A stretch of DNA of 64,000 nt. It comes from a bacterium. Lineage in GTDB: Bacteria > Hinthialibacterota > Hinthialibacteria > Hinthialibacterales > Hinthialibacteraceae. The position numbers were made by a program, and so were the translations under genes. This document shows, piece by piece, positions 9,064-19,565 of this stretch; positions within the stretch are counted from its first letter, which is position 1; the number at the start of each line of letters is the position of its first letter. The DNA is taken from positions 11,866-75,865 of the forward strand of contig CAXXSM010000160.1 in the NCBI GenBank assembly GCA_963663405.2, in the 5' to 3' direction. Below the pieces are notes generated by a model that was not told where the DNA came from, ran no database searches, and was given only the letters and a program-made list of their open reading frames with translations.

Positions 9064-9884
9064 TTGATCGGATGTTCATGGGTTATTGTCGTTGGTTTTG
9101 AGTCCACCGATCCTGCTATGATGTCATCCGATTTTGAGGGAAAGGATACAATTTCATCTTTTGGTTTCTTCTCATCCGATGTTTTTGACTGGATGACTCC
9201 GTTGGATTGATCCTTAACTAACAAATCCGATTTAAAATTATTGACAGCGTTCTCTTTTATAGTCTCCTGCGTTGTCGATACATTTTCTTTTACCGGTTCG
9301 TCTATAAGGATTTGGAGACTGGACGTGTCAATCAATTGGCGTTCATTTCGGGAAGAGCCTTCGGCGTTTTCCTGCTTTTGGTTATCCGTGTCATCGCTGT
9401 TAATTTTCTTATCGTTGAACAGAACGCCGTCTTGTGAATGGGATTCGTTTTCTATTGTTGAATCAATCTCTTTCGATTCTTGAAGGAGTTGTTTTAGCGC
9501 TTGAATTGGGATATGGAGATTTCCATCCTCATCCTGCGTGATGACGTCTTTTGGAATTTTAATCAATAATACGGATTGTTCCCCCTCACTATCAGAGCCT
9601 TGTTTAAGCAGGGAAACGAGTTCATCCGGAAGCGCTTCCTTACTATCGGTGGAAAGTGTGAATTGACCGAGATCGCTGATTTCAATCGGAATGGTTTTTA
9701 GCGATAGATTCTGATTGTTTGAAGAGAGTATTTGGTCTTTCGAATGTTGAACGCCGTCTAATACCTGTTGAAAGGAAATCCCTTCGGCGCCTTTTTTGGG
9801 GGACACGCCTAATAGTGTGCCCACTGAAGCGCTTTTTGGAGTGGATATACTTTGCAATAAGGATAAAACCGCGTTTCCCATCAT
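9060..9884 (-). CDS. Probable N-terminal part of FliK (frameshift near 9075)
   Basis: First ORF after the sigma54 promoter, with RBS GGAAGG and the same low-complexity composition. Adding one A at GAA^CAT joins it to the downstream frame (about 1005 aa in total). Confidence 0.6.
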   Translation of the reverse strand: MMGNAVLSLLQSISTPKSASVGTLLGVSPKKGAEGISFQQVLDGVQHSKDQILSSNNQNLSLKTIPIEISDLGQFTLSTDSKEALPDELVSLLKQGSDSEGEQSVLLIKIPKDVITQDEDGNLHIPIQALKQLLQESKEIDSTIENESHSQDGVLFNDKKINSDDTDNQKQENAEGSSRNERQLIDTSSLQILIDEPVKENVSTTQETIKENAVNNFKSDLLVKDQSNGVIQSKTSDEKKPKDEIVSFPSKSDDIIAGSVDSKPTTITHEHPIK

Positions 9885-9949
9885 TACCTTCCATGGTATA
9901 CAAGAACGGCGCTCCGGCCTTTCAGGGAACCAGACTGATGATGAGATTT

Positions 9950-9966
9950 AGCAAACGCGGCGCCAA
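9950..9966 (-). promoter_or_regulatory. Sigma-54 (-24/-12) promoter of the fliK-flgD-flgE operon
   Basis: Minus strand TTGGCGCCGCGTTTGCT is GG-N10-GC, close to the TGGCACG-N4-TTGCW consensus, about 65 nt upstream of the first flagellar ATG. Confidence 0.8.
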
Positions 9967-10123
9967 GCGGTTGATTGAGGAAAAATCATGCAGTGGTTGA
10001 TTTAACTGACTGCTGAATCTATGTTTATGGTGTAGGGATGGGACGGACTATTTTTCCCGCATAATAAGAAAAAAGGCAAAATTTGCCCATTTCCCGCATG
10101 GAAAGGATGGATAGAGATCAATC

Positions 10124-10489
10124 GTGCAGCGTGATACCATCTGCCTGGAAGATTTTATACTCGATGTATATTTAGGAGTTTCGGCGAACGAGCGGAAAAC
10201 TTTACAACCAATTCACTTTGATGTGAGAATTGGATTTGACACACGCCGCGCGGCGGCTTCGGATAAACTCGCGGATACGTTGGATTACGAAGCCGTCTTC
10301 AATACGATCCAGCAGATCGCCCAAGAAAAACGGTATAATCTGTTAGAAACGTTATGCGCGCGCGCCGCGAAGGCGGTTCTGGAAATGGGCGCGGCACAGA
10401 TCTGGATCAAAGCGACGAAAATCAGCCCCCCCATTAAAGGAATGACAGGCCGCGTATCGGTTGAAATCGAACGCCATGCGGGTATCTGA
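10124..10489 (+). CDS. folB: Dihydroneopterin aldolase
   Basis: DTICLEDF..YLGV...ER...Q, DTLDY, NLLETL and K..PPI motifs; 121 aa. Confidence 0.92.
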   Translation: MQRDTICLEDFILDVYLGVSANERKTLQPIHFDVRIGFDTRRAAASDKLADTLDYEAVFNTIQQIAQEKRYNLLETLCARAAKAVLEMGAAQIWIKATKISPPIKGMTGRVSVEIERHAGI

Positions 10490-10524
10490 TAGCGGCCGGA
10501 TTTTATCCTGGAGCCGAGGCAGGA

Positions 10525-12804
10525 ATGAAGAAAAGCAAACCAGCGTCTCGTTCCCATACCAGCGATCAATCCAAAGGAATAGACACACCGATCCAATTTT
10601 GTCCTGGCGTGGGGCCTAAACGCGGACAACTGTTCCGGAAACTCGGCGTCGAAACGATCCGGGATCTCTTGTGGCTTCTACCAAGGGGGTATGAAGATTT
10701 CCACACGGTCACGCCCGCCGCCGGTCTGTGTCCCGGCGAAGTGGCCACGGTGTTGGGCACTGTCCAGCGTGTCTCCGAACGCCGCCCCTATTCGCGGGGG
10801 AAAGTGCGTCATATTCTCCGGGCGGAAATTGATGACCAAACCGGTTCACTGCTCGCTGTCTGGTTCAACCAGCCTTTTCTCACAAGTACAGTGCGAACCG
10901 GCGCCCGCCTGCGTCTGCACGGTAAAGTGGAGCTTTATGATCATATGATTCAACTCACGTCTCCCAAAGTGCAATCCGCCGATGACGAGGACGATAACAC
11001 GCAGGGATTGGCGCCTCTTTATCCGCTCTGCGAAGGATTGCGCCAGGGGAACGTGCGTAAAGCGGTCCAGAACGCGTTAGATCGATATGGATCGTTTTGT
11101 GTGGAATTTCTTCCAGATACGATTCTTCAACACAACCGGTTTCCCTCTCGTTTTGAGACGTTCCGGATTTTGCACGCTCCCAAACCCGGCGAAGGCGCGC
11201 CGTCGGATATTCCCATCTCCGAAGAGTCGCTTCTTCAATCCATTGATGGCCGGGAAGTTATTCAACCGTTTTTATTGCGTTCCAACGAATCCGAATCGCT
11301 TTGGGAACGGGCGCGGAAACGTCTGGTTTATGAGGAATTTTTACTCCATCAATTTATTTTCTGCCGGTACCGTGGACGGGTTAAAAGAGAGCCGGGTATC
11401 GCGCATCCACTGCCCGTTCCTGATCCTCTTGCTACAGACACAACCGTCTCCCTTTCGGCTTCAGGGCCGCAGGAATGGCCGGCGGTGTTTCTACGGAACC
11501 TTCCATTTCAACTCACTCCCAGTCAGCGGGAGGTTTGCCGGGAACTGCAGGAAGATCTTCATAATCCCTCACCTATGAATCGCCTGCTGCAAGGCGATGT
11601 CGGTTCCGGGAAAACCGTCGTTTCAGTCTACGCCATGCTCGTAGCCGCAGCGGGAGGCCGGCAGGCGGCGTTAATGGCGCCAACGGAGATTCTCGCCCGT
11701 CAACACGCCGCGAATATCCAGCGCATGACCGAAACGCTCCCTGGTTTAAACTCCGTCTTATTGACCGGCGGCGCCAAAACGGCCGAACGGCGGGAGGCGC
11801 TAAGCCTGATTGACAGCGGTGCCTCTCAAATCGTAATCGGCACGCACGCTCTCTTCCAAGAATCCGTCACGTTTCATAATCTAGGCATGGTTGTCGTGGA
11901 CGAGCAGCACAAATTTGGTGTCTCTCAACGGCAGCGGTTGATTGATAAAGGACTCCATCCGGATCTCCTTGTCTCGACCGCGACGCCCATTCCCCGCACA
12001 CTCTCCCTTACATGGTATGGGGACATGGATGTTTCCACCATCCGCGATCTACCCCCTGGGCGTCCCCCCCTCATCACCCGGTGGACCACCTGGGAGAACG
12101 GAACCAAACTTTGGAAATTCGTTGACGAAAAAATCGAGGAAGGACAGCAGGCGTATGTCGTCTGTCCGATTATTGAACCATCCGAAAACATGCCCCAACT
12201 TCCCTCGACCGAACAGGCCTTTGATGCGCTTTCCAAGACTTTTCTCCCTCACCGGCGCGTGGAAATCTTGCATGGCCGTCATTCCACCGAAGTGAAAACC
12301 GATCTGATGAGCCGCATGCGGGAGGGCGCTGTGGATGTGGTTGTGGCGACAACCGTGATAGAAGTCGGTGTGGATCTTCCTAATGCGACGATGATGGTGG
12401 TTCTCGGCGCTGAACGATTCGGTTTGGCGCAGCTGCACCAGCTGCGTGGCCGGGTGGGACGGGGAACAAAAAAATCGTACTGTGTTTTAATCACGCACAA
12501 CCGGATTCCACCATTCGCGCAGGATCGAATGCGAATTTTAGAACGGACCCGCGATGGATTCGAGATCGCGGAAGAAGACTGCCGCATGCGGGGGCCGGGG
12601 GAATATTTTGGGACGCGGCAGACCGGTCATCTCAACTTCCGCCTCGCCGATCCTATCCATGACAGTGATCTTCTTAAAGACGCTAATCTAGCCGCCACCG
12701 CGTTATATGAGGACGATCCCGATTTAACGCGGCCCCAGCACAGCCTTCTCAAAGAAGAGATTCGGCTCGCCTATGGCCGTCACGATTTCAATCGGCCTTC
12801 CTGA
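10525..12804 (+). CDS. recG: ATP-dependent DNA helicase RecG
   Basis: GVGPKR, wedge domain (AVWFNQ), MNRLLQGDVGSGKT, APTEILARQH, DEQHKFGV, TATPIPRTL, QLHQLRGRVGRG and RGPGE. Confidence 0.97.
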   Translation: MKKSKPASRSHTSDQSKGIDTPIQFCPGVGPKRGQLFRKLGVETIRDLLWLLPRGYEDFHTVTPAAGLCPGEVATVLGTVQRVSERRPYSRGKVRHILRAEIDDQTGSLLAVWFNQPFLTSTVRTGARLRLHGKVELYDHMIQLTSPKVQSADDEDDNTQGLAPLYPLCEGLRQGNVRKAVQNALDRYGSFCVEFLPDTILQHNRFPSRFETFRILHAPKPGEGAPSDIPISEESLLQSIDGREVIQPFLLRSNESESLWERARKRLVYEEFLLHQFIFCRYRGRVKREPGIAHPLPVPDPLATDTTVSLSASGPQEWPAVFLRNLPFQLTPSQREVCRELQEDLHNPSPMNRLLQGDVGSGKTVVSVYAMLVAAAGGRQAALMAPTEILARQHAANIQRMTETLPGLNSVLLTGGAKTAERREALSLIDSGASQIVIGTHALFQESVTFHNLGMVVVDEQHKFGVSQRQRLIDKGLHPDLLVSTATPIPRTLSLTWYGDMDVSTIRDLPPGRPPLITRWTTWENGTKLWKFVDEKIEEGQQAYVVCPIIEPSENMPQLPSTEQAFDALSKTFLPHRRVEILHGRHSTEVKTDLMSRMREGAVDVVVATTVIEVGVDLPNATMMVVLGAERFGLAQLHQLRGRVGRGTKKSYCVLITHNRIPPFAQDRMRILERTRDGFEIAEEDCRMRGPGEYFGTRQTGHLNFRLADPIHDSDLLKDANLAATALYEDDPDLTRPQHSLLKEEIRLAYGRHDFNRPS

Positions 12805-12807
12805 TAG

Positions 12808-12838
12808 AAGAGGGGCGGTCCGAAGAACCACCCCTCTT
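12808..12838. terminator. Hairpin between convergent genes (probable bidirectional terminator)
   Basis: AAGAGGGG(c)GGT...ACC(a)CCCCTCTT immediately after the recG stop. Confidence 0.6.
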
Positions 12839-12886
12839 TACGCTTGCTGTAGTTATTTATCATACGCCGCGAGCATTCATCATTGT

Positions 12887-13817
12887 TTAATGAAGTTCCC
12901 AATCACTAACTAGTGTAGGAATCGCGAAGTACGCTTCAGTCCAGGTTTGGTCATTGTCCCCATTACCGACCCACATGACTTGCGTGTCGAATCCACCTTC
13001 CGGTTTATCTACATCGATACATAAATGAGTCAATCCAATCGTGCTGCCCTCCAGCGGTTCGGGAAGCAGTGGATCCCAACCAAGCATATCCATTTCCTCG
13101 TCTGTCAGAGTACTGGGATCTTCTGGATCGCTATAATATTTGCTGGTTTTGATCGATTCCCAGGGAATCTTAACTTCGATGGTATAATTCGTTCCATCGA
13201 TGATGACTACGCTTTCCCATCCTTCGTTCACTTCACCCCGCACAATTGTTCCATCGGGCAGTGTGTAATCATACGAGTCAGAGCGTGAGCCTCTCCGGGT
13301 GCCGACGGGCCACATCCGTGTCATCGGACTTGTTTGATCTTCGATTGCGCCAATAACGATGATCATTTCACCGGGTAACCATTTTTCTCCAGATATGTTT
13401 TCAATATCTGATAAGAAATCAGGGTAGAGGATGATATCTTGTTCGTCATTATTCGTGAAATCGATGAACCATTGCACGCCATCGCGTTCCCACCAAGCGT
13501 AAGGAGTTGTCGTATCGACGAAGGAAATATAATCATCCTCCACCTGGGCTGCGCAATACAGCGCTTCATCGTTGTAGAGCATCGCGAAAGTACAGACCGC
13601 GTCTGTGCCGTTCCAGTCATATCCACCGGTTTCGGCGACTGTATCAGCGCCATAGGTTACCCATTCCGCGTTTGTCCAAATCGCCCAAATCCCCATCAAT
13701 GACGGGACCGCTTGTTGGATTGATCGTATACAACGGGCCCAATGGGTTCGTTCCCCATGCGTTTAATCCCATGATAAGAACTAAGCTGGTAATGAATATC
13801 GTCACATTTTTTTTCAT
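12887..13817 (-). CDS. Secreted CBM9/DOMON-like sugar-binding domain protein (1-bp frameshift near 13679)
   Basis: ATG 13817 with AGGAG RBS encodes signal peptide MKKNVTIFITSLVLIMGLNAWG then PVIDGDLGD. Removing one T gives IDGDLGDWTNAEW, continuous with ORF 12887-13699 (YNDEALYCAAQVEDD, DGVQWFID, YTIEVKIPW are DOMON-like/CBM9 motifs). Ends TLVSDWELH. Confidence 0.7.
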
Positions 13818-14088
13818 CGTACCGTCTCCTCAATTGATTTAAAATAACATACTTCTAACGTAACATAATTGTCACTTGATTTCTAGAAGAAAATGAAATG
13901 AAAGAATTATTTTTCGAAAATATGGTTTATCGCATGGGCTCGTTGATTTCGGAAAAATACAATGAATCGTGTTTCATAATCTCTTCCTATAGGCGTGTTG
14001 GGAGTTGTACGATATCATACGAAACGGATGGAACGAGATTGGATATTCCTGTTTCATCCAACGTGCCATTAACAGGAACGTAAAAATA

Positions 14089-14985
14089 ATGCAGAAGACT
14101 GACTTTGATTCAATTGTGGATAAGGGACTCTCACTTATTATCCCCGTTTATAATGAAAAAGAGAGCGCGCCGGATTTTTTGGCTTCATTGCGTTCATTCT
14201 CTCAATCCTGCCCTTTTCCTCTTGAAGTGATTCTGGTTGACGATGGATCAACCGATGGAACCGCCTCGCTTTTAGAAGACGCGCCGTATCAGGTTATCCG
14301 GCATGACACGAACCGGGGATATGGCGCCGCGATCAAAACCGGCGTCACACATGCGCGGTATGAAGCCGCCGCCATCGCCGACGCGGATGGGACATATAAT
14401 TTAGATGACCTGCTTGCAATGGTTCCACATCTGGATCAATGTGACATGGCGGTCGGCGCCCGGACCGGTCAGGATACCCAGATCCCACTCATGCGCCGTC
14501 CCGCGAAATGGTTGATCGGCGTCTTTGCGGCGTGGCTCACCCGCCGTTCGATCCCCGATCTCAATTCGGGACTGCGCGCGTTCCGGCGTAGTGAAGTGGA
14601 AAAGATTCTACGTCTATTGCCGGATGGATTCTCACTTACGACCACTCTGACGATTGCTTTTCTCACAGGTGGAAGACGTGTATACTATCAACCCATCCGA
14701 TATGGCAAGCGCGCGGGACGATCTAAGTTTCGTCCTTTGGCCGATACGTGGAACATGATTCTGTTAATCCTGCGGACGGTGGTTTTGATTCGCCCGTTGA
14801 ATTTCTTCGTTCCATTCAGTCTCTTTCTTTTCCTTTTGGCCTTGGGCGTGGGAATCGTCAGTAAATTCGTGTTCGATCATTTCATGGACGCCACGTTCAT
14901 CGTTCTCATGATGACCAGCATCCAGATGTTCGCGCTTGGATTAATCGCTGATTTGATTGTACGGACGAACTTATGGACGCATTGA
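14089..14985 (+). CDS. Glycosyltransferase family 2 (DPM1/GtrB-like) with two C-terminal TM helices
   Basis: LSLIIPVYNE, ILVDDGSTDGT, NRGYGAAIKTG, DADG and DLNSGLRAFR. Confidence 0.92.
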   Translation: MQKTDFDSIVDKGLSLIIPVYNEKESAPDFLASLRSFSQSCPFPLEVILVDDGSTDGTASLLEDAPYQVIRHDTNRGYGAAIKTGVTHARYEAAAIADADGTYNLDDLLAMVPHLDQCDMAVGARTGQDTQIPLMRRPAKWLIGVFAAWLTRRSIPDLNSGLRAFRRSEVEKILRLLPDGFSLTTTLTIAFLTGGRRVYYQPIRYGKRAGRSKFRPLADTWNMILLILRTVVLIRPLNFFVPFSLFLFLLALGVGIVSKFVFDHFMDATFIVLMMTSIQMFALGLIADLIVRTNLWTH

Positions 14986-15055
14986 AGGAATGATCGACCG
15001 ATCTCCAATCCATTACCGTTTCGGATCATGATTAGGGAGGATCACGAAAAGTCTC

Positions 15056-16879
15056 ATGAATTTGAAATCTCTTACGTGTATTACTGGTTTCTTTCTTATC
15101 TTGCTATTCAGCGCCTGTGGCTCAAAAGAGGAGGCGGTGAAATCGCCGGATCCGGATTTGATCCTTCTCACGTATGGAGACCGGACGATCGACGCGCGCG
15201 ATGTCTCAATCGCGTTTCAAGAATCTCATTCGTTCGAGGATCTACTCATCGCCAGTTTCACACAGACCGCCACAGATATTGTTCGGGATATTGCGGAAGA
15301 CCTCGCGTTCAAGCGGATCATAGGCGAACGAGCGAGAGCGCTTGGTCTGCATGAGAGAGAATCGTTCAAACAGATTCACGACCGGGTTGTGAAGGATGAA
15401 CTCTACCAAAAATTGATGATCGATGAGGTGTTGAGTAAAATCCGCTTTACCGAAAGAGACCTGAAGCGTTTTTATGATGAAAACAAAGAGAGTCTTTATC
15501 GGGAAAGCGATTCCAACGCCTATGTCATTAGGGCGATCTATACAATATTTTCAGACGAGGAATCGAAAAAGAAAGCCCGCGCGAAAATCGAAGAAGCCTA
15601 CCAGAAATTGGAAGCAGGGGAGCCGTTTGAGTCCGTCGCATTGAATTATTCGGAAGCGCTTCAACATAAACGTGGAAGAAAAAATTATTTTACGCCCGGC
15701 TTGGCGGCGCCGGAAGTGGAAAAACGGTGGAAGAGCCTGAAAAATGGCGCATACTCAGAGATCTTTGAACGGAGGAATATGTACCGGATTGATCAACGAG
15801 TTGAATTCATCGAACCGGCTTTCATCCCCTACCAGAAAGTGAAAACAAAAATCGTTGAACGGATGACGAACGAACAACGGGACCGGAATGTCTTGTTTCT
15901 CTCACAGGAATTAGCGCAAAAATATAATCTCAATGTTTTTCCCGATCTCATAAGCGGCGCCATTGAGGTGGAATCTTCAACAACCGTTTTATCAATTCCC
16001 GGCGTGCTTGAATTAACCCTCGCTCAATTTCAGGATCTCGCGGAGAGGGAACAAAAACGAACGGTTCAAGACCAGTTGGATTACCTGACTTTCTTGGCCA
16101 ATAAAACACTCTTTATCGAAGAGGCGCAACGCCGGGGATGGACCGAAGCGGATGTGGCCTTTACCACCGCCTATTGGGATACGTTGCAGTTGGAAAAGGA
16201 ATTTCTTTTTTCCGAACTTGAAAAATTCCTTGAGAAAAACAAACTCACCGACGCGTCGATGTTGACTTATTTCAACTCGAACAAAGACAAACCGGAATTT
16301 CAAACGCAACAAATCTATGATCTCAGCCGTTTATTCTTCCCGTCGGGATATCAGGAGGGAATGACTCGTTTTGAAACCCAAACGATGTCCCTTCGATCCC
16401 GGACCAACGCGTACCGGGCATATGAATCGATCGCTGCAGGGAGTTCGTTCAATACTGTCGGCGCGTTATTTTCCCTGGACGCTGATTTTGCGCAAACAGG
16501 GGGACGAATTGGACGTATTCCCTACGACCAACTTGACAGGGAAACACAATTGGCCGTCAGGCAGATGATCGCTGGCGAGATCAGCGAACCGCAAAGAAGA
16601 ACCGCTTCTGAATTGGAACGTGGGGGATATGCGATTTACTATGTTCGTGACCGGATTCCCTCGCGTTTGATGACGTTTAATGAAGCTAAAGAAGTAATCA
16701 AAATCAAAGTAAAAGATACTTTTTACGGACAAAGACGAACCGAACTCAAACAGGAATTCGAAGAACAATATCCCCTTTCCTTCAATGACTCCGCCGTATA
16801 TGAACTCGTAAAATATTTAACGAGCCTCGCCCAGCGCGCCGATTGGCAAAGCGATATTTCAAGATATACGAGACCGTAG
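15056..16879 (+). CDS. Parvulin-type peptidyl-prolyl isomerase / foldase lipoprotein (PrsA/SurA-like, two rotamase domains)
   Basis: Lipobox LFSAC; AYQKLEAGEPFESVALNYSE and AGSSF...FS.D...GGRIG...GEISEP rotamase-like segments. Confidence 0.75.
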   Translation: MNLKSLTCITGFFLILLFSACGSKEEAVKSPDPDLILLTYGDRTIDARDVSIAFQESHSFEDLLIASFTQTATDIVRDIAEDLAFKRIIGERARALGLHERESFKQIHDRVVKDELYQKLMIDEVLSKIRFTERDLKRFYDENKESLYRESDSNAYVIRAIYTIFSDEESKKKARAKIEEAYQKLEAGEPFESVALNYSEALQHKRGRKNYFTPGLAAPEVEKRWKSLKNGAYSEIFERRNMYRIDQRVEFIEPAFIPYQKVKTKIVERMTNEQRDRNVLFLSQELAQKYNLNVFPDLISGAIEVESSTTVLSIPGVLELTLAQFQDLAEREQKRTVQDQLDYLTFLANKTLFIEEAQRRGWTEADVAFTTAYWDTLQLEKEFLFSELEKFLEKNKLTDASMLTYFNSNKDKPEFQTQQIYDLSRLFFPSGYQEGMTRFETQTMSLRSRTNAYRAYESIAAGSSFNTVGALFSLDADFAQTGGRIGRIPYDQLDRETQLAVRQMIAGEISEPQRRTASELERGGYAIYYVRDRIPSRLMTFNEAKEVIKIKVKDTFYGQRRTELKQEFEEQYPLSFNDSAVYELVKYLTSLAQRADWQSDISRYTRP

Positions 16880-16976
16880 TATTTCGCTGCGATAGAAATC
16901 AGCGCTGGAATGTGCATAATGGAACACAATTCTAACGCATGAACGATCGATTCGCAAAAAAAGGGGGAAAGTGACG

Positions 16977-18767
16977 ATGAAGAACAAAGGATTTACTTGT
17001 TGTATCGCAGCGTTGCTTAGTATCTTCTGCGCGCAATTGGGTTGGGCGCAATTCGGTGTGTTTGAAGAGGAAATCGATTGGCCTCAGATTGGAGATGTGA
17101 AATTGCCGGGAAATACGTCTGTCTCGGGTTCGGGGGATGACGCCGTTTACACCGTCCAAGGCAACGGAAATGGTCTCAGCGCCGCTACCGATACGGATGA
17201 AGCCTACTTTGTTTATAAAGATATGACGGGCAGCTGGTCCCTTCAAGCCTTAGTCTCATGGGATGATCCCACGGGGATTCCATTCGGCACAGTCGGATTG
17301 ATGATCCGGGACGATGAGGAGAATCCCAGTTCGAGGTATTATTCACTTGTCCTGCGATCCGATGAGACAAGTGACCGTTTGGAAACCATCTTCCGTAACC
17401 TCTATTTCTATGGCAGCCTCCAAAACACGGAACACCGCACTCCCGATGATGAACCCATCTATGATCAAGGAAATGGAATATGGCTTCGCGTCACCCATAT
17501 CGCGCCGCTTCAGTTATTTATTGGTGAATACTCCTTTGATGGTGAAGAGTGGGTTTTAGCCCATATTCAAGTGCTTCCCTGGGGGAATGAGACTTTGGCG
17601 TATGGTGTCATGATCAGCAATGATGAAGATAATGATTTCATGGCGCAGGCGCAATTACAGAATGTAGAATTTCTCCCCGCGTTCCCCGTCGCGGAACGGA
17701 CATTATCCAAAGCGGCGTTCACGAGTGAGGATACGATTGATGTGTCCATTGAATTGTTCAATCCAGGGGATCCAGCGGCGATTGTGATTCAAGAAACAAT
17801 CCCCCAAGGGTGGACTCCTGCGAATATCAGTCATGATGGAACCTTTGCGGATGGTGTGATCACTTGGGATCTGGCGGATGTAGCCAACGGAAGTTTGGTT
17901 CTCACATACCAGGCTATCGCCCCGGCTTCTCCGGAAGACCGAGCTGATTGGACAGGAACGATTGTTGGTGGATTGGAAATACAAGGGAAAAGCGGTCTGC
18001 TCTTTACCGGTGGAAACGTAGAGCGGATCACGGATGGATTGCTCGCTCTCTATACATTCAAAGAAGGAGATGGCGATACGGTCCATGATGTATCGGAAGC
18101 AGGGGATCCTCTGAATTTGACCATCTCGAATTTATCGAATGTGGAATGGGGGCAAGGTTTTCTTGCGGTCAATGGCGCGGTCAAAATACGCTCTGGAGAT
18201 CCAGCCACTAAACTCATTGAAGGGATTCAAGAAACAAATGAGATCACAGTTGAAGCATGGATCGCTCCCGCCAATGATGTCCAATCCGGCCCCGCGCGAA
18301 TCGTCACGCTCTCGTATAACGCATCACTAAGAAACTTCACGCTGGGACAGGCCGGGACGGAATACCGGTTCCGCATCCGCACGCCAGACACCGGCAACAA
18401 TGGAAGTAATCCCGAACTCCGAAGCCCGCCCGATATTCTCACTACGGTTCTTACGCACGTAGTCTATACACGGGATGATTACTGGGCGACTTCCTTATAT
18501 GTGAATGGGGATGTGGTAGTAAATGATGACAATATCCTGGATATTATCGATAATTACATTAACGGAGATATTACCGGCTGGGATGACACCTATGAATTCG
18601 GTTTGGCGAATGAGATCAACGAAGAGCGACCCTGGTTGGGGGATCTTCATTTAGTCGCAGTCTACAATAAACCTTTGTCCGAAGATGAAATCGGTCAAAA
18701 TTTCGCCGCCGGCCCATCGGCGGGACCGGGTTTCATCGTGGATGTCGCCAATTGGTCCCTCTATTAA
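16977..18767 (+). CDS. Secreted protein with ConA/LamG-like jelly-roll domains
   Basis: Signal peptide (..AQLGWA|QFG); C-terminal LALYTFKEGDG...ITVEAWI...THVVYTRD...LYVNG...VAVYNKPLS is LamG-like; ends VDVANWSLY. Confidence 0.75.
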   Translation: MKNKGFTCCIAALLSIFCAQLGWAQFGVFEEEIDWPQIGDVKLPGNTSVSGSGDDAVYTVQGNGNGLSAATDTDEAYFVYKDMTGSWSLQALVSWDDPTGIPFGTVGLMIRDDEENPSSRYYSLVLRSDETSDRLETIFRNLYFYGSLQNTEHRTPDDEPIYDQGNGIWLRVTHIAPLQLFIGEYSFDGEEWVLAHIQVLPWGNETLAYGVMISNDEDNDFMAQAQLQNVEFLPAFPVAERTLSKAAFTSEDTIDVSIELFNPGDPAAIVIQETIPQGWTPANISHDGTFADGVITWDLADVANGSLVLTYQAIAPASPEDRADWTGTIVGGLEIQGKSGLLFTGGNVERITDGLLALYTFKEGDGDTVHDVSEAGDPLNLTISNLSNVEWGQGFLAVNGAVKIRSGDPATKLIEGIQETNEITVEAWIAPANDVQSGPARIVTLSYNASLRNFTLGQAGTEYRFRIRTPDTGNNGSNPELRSPPDILTTVLTHVVYTRDDYWATSLYVNGDVVVNDDNILDIIDNYINGDITGWDDTYEFGLANEINEERPWLGDLHLVAVYNKPLSEDEIGQNFAAGPSAGPGFIVDVANWSLY

Positions 18768-18782
18768 GAATTTTACACCGGT

Positions 18783-19565
18783 TTAAATCTGGGAATACTC
18801 TGTGGGCTTCAAAACGATATTGGTAATACCGCAGAGGATTCTCTTGTCCCCATATTCCGGAATCGCGCGCAATTTCTGCCAATCCGGATCGCCTCCGAAC
18901 CGCTTCCAACTGGCTTTCTGTTCCTCTGCGCTTTCAAAACCGAGCATATATGTGAGATTCGGCATCTTGGCGCCGGCCAGCGTCTCTCCAAAAAAGACAG
19001 GATTCAGGCCGACTTTACGGAATATCTTGATTTCCGCTGTGTTAAACATTTCAATTTTCTTCTGCCCGGTTTTAACGCTGGGACTCTCGTAGGTGCGCAG
19101 CTGAAAGACCCGGCCCGGTGATTTTACGGGGATTTCCATATTGGGCATACCCGTGAAAGCGATCATGACCGAACTCTCCATCCGCTTATAGGCGGGATTG
19201 GAGGATGGAGCGTTCAAGAAATCCGCCCCTTTGCTCAGGAATTCCTCATCAGCGAGCAGTTTCTGCGTTACGGAACCGAACGATTCCAACGATTTGTGCC
19301 GGAGCAGCATGTAAATTGGACTCATCTCTTTTTCCGATTGAAAAATGCCAACCGGCTTCACATCGATCCGGTTCAACGCTGGTATCATTGCGGATGTCAT
19401 AAATTCCCCAAAAGCTTTCTCCTGCGCTTCGCTCTCAATGTGGTACTGGCGCAGTTCGTAATAGTCTCTCCCATTCGCAGCCTTTGCTGTTCCTGCGGCG
19501 CTCAGAGCGCCTAACGATGCGGCTCCTACGATGCTCGTTCCCTTCATGAATGTTCTTCGATCCAT
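18783..19565 (-). CDS. NIPSNAP family protein with Tat signal peptide
   Basis: MDRRTFMK twin-arginine motif; two YELRQY / FQLRTYES NIPSNAP repeats; MPNLTYML; ends YSQI. Confidence 0.88.
   Translation of the reverse strand: MDRRTFMKGTSIVGAASLGALSAAGTAKAANGRDYYELRQYHIESEAQEKAFGEFMTSAMIPALNRIDVKPVGIFQSEKEMSPIYMLLRHKSLESFGSVTQKLLADEEFLSKGADFLNAPSSNPAYKRMESSVMIAFTGMPNMEIPVKSPGRVFQLRTYESPSVKTGQKKIEMFNTAEIKIFRKVGLNPVFFGETLAGAKMPNLTYMLGFESAEEQKASWKRFGGDPDWQKLRAIPEYGDKRILCGITNIVLKPTEYSQI

Noticed and set aside
7950-9300. AT-rich stretch suggesting foreign DNA
   Set aside because: It lies within FliK and reflects K/N/T/E-rich low-complexity coding.
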